Positions 57,250 to 64,000 of a DNA stretch of 64,000 nucleotides are shown one piece after another. The notes below the pieces were generated by a model. That model was not told where the DNA came from and ran no database searches. It worked only from the letters and a program-made list of their open reading frames with translations. The DNA is from Paraspadella gotoi. Taxonomy: Eukaryota > Animalia > Chaetognatha. The DNA lies in NCBI GenBank assembly GCA_051294375.1, contig CM119266.1, positions 15,661,429-15,725,428 of the forward strand, written 5' to 3'. How positions within the stretch are numbered: position 1 is the stretch's first letter; each line of letters begins with the position of its first letter. Position numbers and translations under genes: made by a program.

Positions 57250-60200
57250 CGTTTTCATTTTGATCAAGCTTGATATGAACTCTGGGCAATGTGATATAGT
57301 ACTCATTACAACTAAAAAAAATAGAATAAGAGAGGGAAAGCTTAAGTTAAAAAATCATACTTTTTAAAATGACTTGATTTAACTAAAATTAATTAATTAC
57401 CTTATCGCCAGAATCGGATGGAAGAGCAAAAGTGAGGATTGTAAGAATGGACAAGAGCATGCAAGGGATGATCACATTGTACCTGAGACGATTGTGTCAA
57501 GAATCAGGCGTAAAAACAAACGATCGAGGTTAGAGTCAGCATGCTACGTAGTGGTTAATATATTAATTTTACTTTAAATTTCTATAAAATTAGGTTAAAT
57601 TGGGATAGTTTGATAAACAATAACAGACATTTTTTTGTGTATGTGAACAATGACTTACATGTAGTACAAGGAGAGTCGCTTAATCCTCACGGTGTAGATC
57701 ATTTCGGGAAAAGGTTCCGGCCAGGTGTCAAAAAACACCGTCCGATTCTTCATGGTAAAGTTAAGGAGCTTCCATTCGCTGTTGGCTACCAATACCGAGG
57801 TATCGACGGGGTGATCCGAGATCTGCAGGTCGACCACCCACCCGTTGTAGCTCCACGATCCCAGCCTGTTGACGGAAGGTGGTTCAGGGACTCTTTGATT
57901 TTGCTGAACGAACGTGAAACTATTTTTGTGAGGATAAAAAAGCTTCTATCATCAATTCAGGGAAAAAAAATATGGCGAAGTGAAAGAATGAACGAAGGAA
58001 AGAAATCGGTTTGAAATGGAAGGGGAAAATGTGGTGAAATGAGGTGAAAATTCAGCGGAAAGAAAATAAAAAGAAGTAGATTTTACTTTTATGTGATTGA
58101 AAGGCACCAATTTGACTCTTGTTATCTTTAAAATACAAAATAAAGAAAATAAGAGAAATGCAAAGTTAATGGAGGATAAAATACAAAATAAAAGGACCAA
58201 GGACGATAAAAGCGCAACATTAATGGACTAAATGATAACAAAAGAAAAGGAAAACGACTAAAGAGATAATGACTAGGACGAGGACGTCGGGGGCATCGAC
58301 CGCTCGACTGACCTGATGTGACAGGTTTGTCTGTCGAAGGGAAAGAAGCTGATGTCGATATCGCACCTCGTCTGTAGACGAACTGGCACCGGCCAATGCA
58401 CCTGTCCAAAGTTGAGTTTTTACGCTTGAAAAGAAGAACTAATATTGCGAAAGTAATGTTTTTATAGCCGCAATGTTTAATATTTTTGACGAGCGTGTGC
58501 ATGTGGAAGAATCTGTGGAAGAATCACCCTCTCCTACTATAAGCCGTTATAGAAATTTTTTCGCTTCGTGTTTTAAGGAAAAAATTTAAAAAAATACCGA
58601 CAAACAACGACGACAACAACAACAACGAAAAACTGCGTAGTTTCTCTTGAATTTCCACTCGATTCAAGTTGAGCAAAACCGCTGTTTTTGTCCTTCAAGT
58701 TCAAAACGACATTTTCGTCCTTTCGACCCGCGAATTTCCGAGCGAGATTCCCTCGGCGCTGCTCTCTATCGGCGGTCGCATGATCACCGACATCGTTATC
58801 ACTGTCGTCCTGTCACTGATATCCTCATCGCCGATGTCGTTATCACCTCGGTCTTGACCCTAAAGTTTTGACGTCGTCGTGGTCGTCTTCGTCGTCGATT
58901 TCGTCGTCGTTTTCATTGTCGTTCTTGGACATTCTAAAGGAATCTTAGATCAAAAAAAAAAAAAAAAAGCGGAAAAAAACAGAGCTCAGGCCTCGTCTCG
59001 ATAATATTCATATTGAAACATAATTATAAAGGGAATCACTGGTTTGATTATGACTTAAACATTTAACAAAATCAAATCCAAGGGTTTGAGAAAGCAAATG
59101 TATAAATTATAATTCAAAAATATTTTAAAACAGAGAGAGAGAAAGCGAGAGAGAGAGAGAGAAAGAGTATAATAGAAAGAAAAATATTGGAATTATGAAT
59201 AAATAATAGATCTATGTATACAGATTCCATAATTTGATCACTGAAGGAAGATTTCGGAGAATCTTTTTTCCCTTTCTTCCTCGAGTTTAAGCCCTTCAGG
59301 GTGTTGTTGTCGTTGTGGTTGTCGTTGTTGTTGTTTCTGGATTGTAGCGAATGGTTGCTTCTCAATGAGCGGTTCAAAGAAGGTGGAGCGGAGGACCAGC
59401 CCCGGGCTGACGAGGAATGATTAGGTTTTGGTTGAGGAATGAGTACGTAACGAGGCAGAAAAAGGCGGGAAAAGACGGAGGAAAGGCGGGAAAAAGGTGG
59501 GGAAAAGGCGGAAAAAGGTGGGGAAAAGGCGGGAAAAGTGGGGAAAAGGTGGGGAAAAGGCGGGAAAAGAGCGGAGAAAGGCGGGAAAAGATGGAAAAGG
59601 CGGAAAAAGGTGGGGAAAAGGGCGGATAAAGAAGCGGGAAAGGCGGAAAAAGGTGGGAAAAAGGCGGGAAAAGGTGAGTTAACGAGGAAAAAGGCGGGGA
59701 AACGCAGGAATAGGCGGCGAAGGCCGAGATTCGTCAAGGGCCTCCAACAATTTTTTTCGTGATAAACTGAAGGAAGTTAAAATTATAAGAAAATTGTGAT
59801 GGAAGAGAAAAGTTCAGCTGTATTTTTGCTGAAAAGTTGAAAATGTGATAAGTAAATGAAAAGGGACGAAGAAATTGTAAAAAAGTTAAGCGAAAGGGAG
59901 TGCACCCTTCCCTCGCCTTTAAAGGTCACGGAGAGGAAAGAGTCGCTGCGTGGAATCCTTGAGGCGAACGTAAAACAGATTATCCACTTCCGAGACCTCG
60001 AGCGTTTCTTGAATGCGTCATTCTACATTATGTACTGAGATTTTTTTCAGCTTCCTTGACCTGCGCGCTTTTCCTTTGCTTGCTTAACCCTGAGTGTGCC
60101 TTTTTCTTCGGCTTTATAAGCCTGATTATCCTTTTCTGAGATTCTCTTCCGTTTTTCGTCATTTTCTTTAGACAAGCAACATTATTAATCACTTTGCATC

Positions 60201-63200
60201 GGCTTCTTCATGTCGTTATTTTAATAAACGCGATCCTAATCTTTAATCCATTAGCCGCGCGTATTTCTTGCCTCTCCCATTTTCTTGTCTTTCTTATTTC
60301 TTCCTTATTCTTTTATCTTCTTTTCGCAACTTCTCTACTTTTTCAAATCCATCCAATCTTCTTCATCGGTCATCTTTTCCTGTTCACTTCAACGCTCTCC
60401 CCTTTTCCGCCTCCATCCGTAATGAGCTTCTTAATTTTTCTCTTCATTTTTCTTCTCACGCTTCGCGCATCGATTATCTCTTCTGTTCCTATTTTTTTCT
60501 CCTTTACCCTCCACCCTTTTCGTCGTCCATCTTTACCTCGTTTGTTTCTCTTTTTGTCTTTTTCTCCTTCTAATTGTTATTACTCGGTTCCGTGTCTTTC
60601 CCAATGGATCACATTTTTTTTCAGCCACCCACGCTGTACTTTTTTAATACTCTTTATCTTAGGTTTTTTAACTTATCTGAACTAAGTTTTCAATTCTATG
60701 AATACAAAACTATAACATTAAAAAGTTGTGGCAAATTTGATTTGTGTGTCACTCTCTATGTGTGCAAAAGCTTATTATTTTCTATGCCTCGATGGTCGCG
60801 CGTTCGAGGCCGACTGAGGAACTGGCTTTAACATGAAGTAAGGATGTCTAAATCTCGCGACGACGTCAATGTCGAAAAAATGACGAATCAACAAAATAAC
60901 AAAATAATAATAATATTGATTAATGATTATAATACTAACAACATATCTTTCACTATCTTTCAATTTGAACCTTTTTATCTCTTTGCCATCTTCTGTCCTT
61001 GCACGCCAGAAGCCATCTCCCCGACTGTTCCCCACTTGCAACCAGGTCTCTCATCTTACCCGTTTGTTCGCTTCCACCTGCACACCAGGTGCCTTAACCT
61101 CTTGCACCCTGCGTCGACGCCACCTGCGTTTTGAAAAGGCGCGAGAAAGAGGGACCCTCCTCTCTAACCTTCGACCTTAGGTTTGTTCAACGCAGTCAAG
61201 TGACGTTTTTTATGCACCGAGAAACAAATATTTGTTTACTTTTGTTTGTCATGTATTACTTCTCTCCCTATACTATACGTCCATAATTTCCTTTAATAAT
61301 TCTTTTTTAATATTTTTTTCGTGCCATTGTTTAAAAATGAAGATATATCACGGTATGTTTGTTTTGATGAGTTTGACTACTTGAAAAAGCGGCGACAGAA
61401 ACAGAGAAAACGACTCAAACGGACTAAGATGTCGCCTAAGAATCTTAGTAAGAATCTTACTAAGATGGCGCCTACAAAGGAACCCCATAAAACGCTGCAT
61501 GCAGCGGAATAAAAAAATGTCATGGACAAGTTCTTGTCAGGTGGATGAAACGGAGCTTGAGAGAGCGTCTGGTAAGGCGTTTGAGGCCGCGGCGTCTCTG
61601 TCTCTGTCTCGTCTCTCTTTTTTTATTCATTTCCAGGTTTCACGATCTCTCTCTCCCTTCCTTTCACTCCCCCTCCTCCCTCTCTCCCCTTCTCTCTCAC
61701 TTAGTCGTCTGGTTGTCGTCGCGTCGGGTTTTCCTCGCTCGACTGATGAGGATGTAATTGTTTTTGCTTTTCGTTTAATTTCAGTTTTATGTTAGTTAAA
61801 TTAGATTAATTGTTAGAGTTAGAGTTATATTTAGAGTTCCCCTCCAGGTTGTAATGTGTAAAAGTTCTGTAGAATCGTTAGAAAGGTTAGAAAGGTTAAA
61901 AATTCTCGTTTCTCCTATTTATTAAAATAAAAGCACTTAATTATATTTTTTTTTCCATGGCCTTGATGAAGCTTTCATTTCTAGTAATCCATATAATTTT
62001 AAAAAAGTTTTATCGTTCTTAAAGTTTAAACTTGAAAGTTGTTTAGCTTCTACTAACTCTAGCGACTGACTTCATTTTTCAAAGTTTTTTCCTCCGTTTA
62101 GTTCTTGCGACAAATCGCTCTCGACGGCAAAGTTTCATTAATTTCGTCGCGAGTTCATTCGCGTTTTATTCCGTCGCCATTTTGAAAGTTTACGCTCACT
62201 TTAACAACTTTTTTTTTTTGAGCTTGAATCACTTCACTTCATCCTCGTATCACCAATCGGGAAAGCGAATCACAGAGATTTTTACCTAAACTTACTGTAA
62301 ACGAAACTTTTTTTATTATCATCTATTTAATAACGCCCGGTCTAGATATTTTCTTTCTAATTTTTAAAACTCACCCTTTCTTTTTTCTCTCTCTTCAACT
62401 TAACTCACCTCTCCGCTGTCGTTAATTATAACGTTCCCACCCTCGTATCCGGTTATTAATCCGGAGAAGCTTTCGTCCGCGCTGATTAAAAAAAAAAAAT
62501 TATAAATGGAATTAATTCAAATTCAATTAGCAAAAGCTTTAATTGTAGTAAATTCTCGTTTAAGAAGTGATATAAATTATCTTAATAAAAAATACGGCCG
62601 ACGTCAGTTTATAATTTCGGTTCTGACGTCAATTTTCAAGACCTCGAAAGCAGACATGGAAATTTTATGAATAGATTAAACTTTAAAGTCGTTTTGATTA
62701 AAAAAAATATTAATGAACTAAACCTGTGATAATTGTCTGACAAAGCATACTGCTTACATACATGTAAATAATTGAAAACTTTACAACAATAGTTCATACG
62801 ATAGTACTTAAAAAGTTTTTACGAGTTAATATGCAATTTCCCTCACAGAAGATATTTAATCTATCAACATTGTTGAGCGAGCGATAATTTCCGATGACTC
62901 GTAATATGAAGGGTTCGGTCACAAGCCACACTAACTTGTTGTATATAAAGATGTCCGGAAGCCAGATCTTTCCGGCGGGAACATAGATTTCCTTGATGTT
63001 GTTTTCCGATTTGTTCCACTTGAGGCGCTCGTCGGTCCAATACTTAAGAGAATGACAAAAGGGAAACGTCAGGGGGGTGAGGGGAGGGACCGAAGCGGGG
63101 AGGATGACCCGATGTCAAGATGACAAAAAACTGGGATTAAAAAGAAAGAGAGAAAGAGAGAGAGAGATTGGAGAATGGTTTTCTCCTAAATCAGACAAGA

Positions 63201-63884
63201 TAATTGAAATATGACATCTTGCCTCGGAAACTCAATGCGTTTGTTACCAACTGCGTCTTGAACAGATCCTTTCCCCCCCCCAAAAAAAAAAATAATGTCA
63301 CGGAGTCGGAAACTGAAATGATGATCAACGATGCGAGAGACTTGGGCGTGTGAAGGAAATATATTTTCTCAAATTGAGGAAGAATGGACACCGCGTGTCA
63401 AAAGCAGACGGACGAAAAAATGGGGAAGGGGAAGAGAGGAGGGGGGGAAGATTATCGACTTACCATATCGATCCAGACGTTGGTCGTCATGTATTGATTT
63501 CGTTCGTCCTGTTAGATAATGAATAAATTAATAAATTAATAAATAATTAAATAGATAAATAAAAAAATAATAAAAAAATTAAAAAATTAGAAAAATATAA
63601 AATTTAAAAATTTAAAAAAATTAAAAAATTAAAAAATTAAAAAATTAAAAAATTAAAATATAAAAATAAATAAAAAATGAATGAATGAATGAATGAATGA
63701 ATGAATGAATGAATGAATGAATGAATGAATGAAGAGAAAAACCGTCTCACCAAGGAAACGATTTGGGTGAGCACAAGTCCAAACTTGACGGCGAGAGTGT
63801 CGGACGGATCGATCACCGGCCGCACCGACCGGATGTAATTGCCGAAGAGCCGTCGCTGCAGGGAGTGCTCGAAACCTTTGCCGC
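51826..63884 (-). CDS. Nicotinic acetylcholine receptor-like Cys-loop subunit, non-alpha (no vicinal Cys); first exon lies outside the window
   Basis: Exons 63884-63751 (YIRSVRPV), 63508-63464 (DERNQYMTTNVW), 63042-62936 (WTDERLKW..IWLPDIFIYN), 62481-62409 (NADESF), 58401-58313 (Cys loop CDIDISFFPFDRQTC), 57865-57659 (GSWSY, NSEW), 57482-57401 OR 56727-56646 (M1), 55953-55857 (M2 VTLGVSVFLAYSVFMLL), 53441-53299 (M3), 52972-52681, 52586-52322, 52057-51826 (EWQLVADVIDKL, M4). All phases agree. Confidence 0.93.
54303..55699. mobile_element. Non-autonomous hAT-like DNA transposon in the receptor M2-M3 intron
   Basis: TIRs tagagttccgataaccgttaa (54303-54323) and ttaacggttatcggaacacta (55679-55699), one mismatch; 8-bp TSD gtatagag / gaatagag (7/8); clustered subterminal taaccgtt/aacggtta motifs; no transposase ORF seen. 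Confidence 0.8.
54481..54718. mobile_element. Penelope-like pLTR remnant: perfect 79-bp inverted repeat plus tandem hammerhead motifs
   Basis: Arms 54481-54559 and 54573-54651 are exact reverse complements with a 13-nt loop. ATGAAGGCTCT..AGAGTCGAAACATGTC spans the centre; a second motif CTGATAAAGACTT..GAGTCGAAACATGTC lies at 54685-54718. Confidence 0.7.
56646..56727 (-). CDS. Receptor M1 exon, alternative b (YNVVVPCVLLSILTLLTFALPSQMGEK)
   Basis: 82 nt, AG..GTAAAT, phase 2 to 0, same length and phases as 57401-57482. Confidence 0.8.
57401..57482 (-). CDS. Receptor M1 exon, alternative a (YNVIIPCMLLSILTILTFALPSDSGDK)
   Basis: 82 nt, CAG..GTAATT, phase 2 to 0. Confidence 0.85.
59455..59705. 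repeat. G/A-rich minisatellite (ggcgg(g)aaaaaggtggggaaaa variants)
   Basis: About 20 degenerate 10-12 nt units in a receptor intron. Confidence 0.85.
63580..63732. repeat. (AAAAATT)n and (ATGA)n simple repeats
   Basis: Directly visible. Confidence 0.9.
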
Positions 63885-64000
63885 CTGGGGGCAAAGATGG
63901 GTTAAATGGTGGGGAAACTAGATTTAGATATGGAAAAGAAAGGTTGTGGTCGATTTAAAGCTTAAAAATTAAGACGATTCATAGTTGCTGTCGGCGTCAT

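Noticed and set aside
59907-59958. Candidate receptor exon IPRSDSFLSVTFKGEGR
   Set aside because: Weak donor; exon 62481-62409 (NADESFSG...NDSGE) fits the family motif, the phases and the splice consensus better.

Overview
Eukaryotic (invertebrate animal) genomic DNA with GC/CpG-rich exons, short AT-rich GT-AG introns, many (GA)n/(CT)n microsatellites and two 10-N gaps. I reconstructed six spliced genes by hand: (1) a secreted multi-EGF/cbEGF protein (+, 178-5114); (2) a GH19 chitinase that appears joined to a Pro-rich cytoplasmic tail and a type II transmembrane anchor (+, 9899-15530); (3,4) two tandem, N-terminally shortened usherin (USH2A)-like FN3-TM-PDZ-motif paralogs (+, 19930-28532 and 29194-36258) that share 8 intron positions in the 5' half and none in the 3' half; (5) a DNase I with a 40-aa Lys-rich insertion (-, 42406-50529); (6) a Cys-loop nAChR-like non-alpha subunit (-, 51826 to beyond 64000). 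The receptor has two duplicated 82-nt M1 exons that look mutually exclusive and differ at the ion-selectivity rings (PSDSGDK vs PSQMGEK). Mobile DNA includes a hAT-type non-autonomous element containing a perfect 79-bp palindrome of Penelope-type hammerhead motifs, a solo hammerhead, tRNA-like repeats and a ~145-bp repeat family. All gene models rest on splice signals and recalled family motifs; no search or RNA data were used. Two junctions need a 1-nt correction, so the assembly may contain indel errors.
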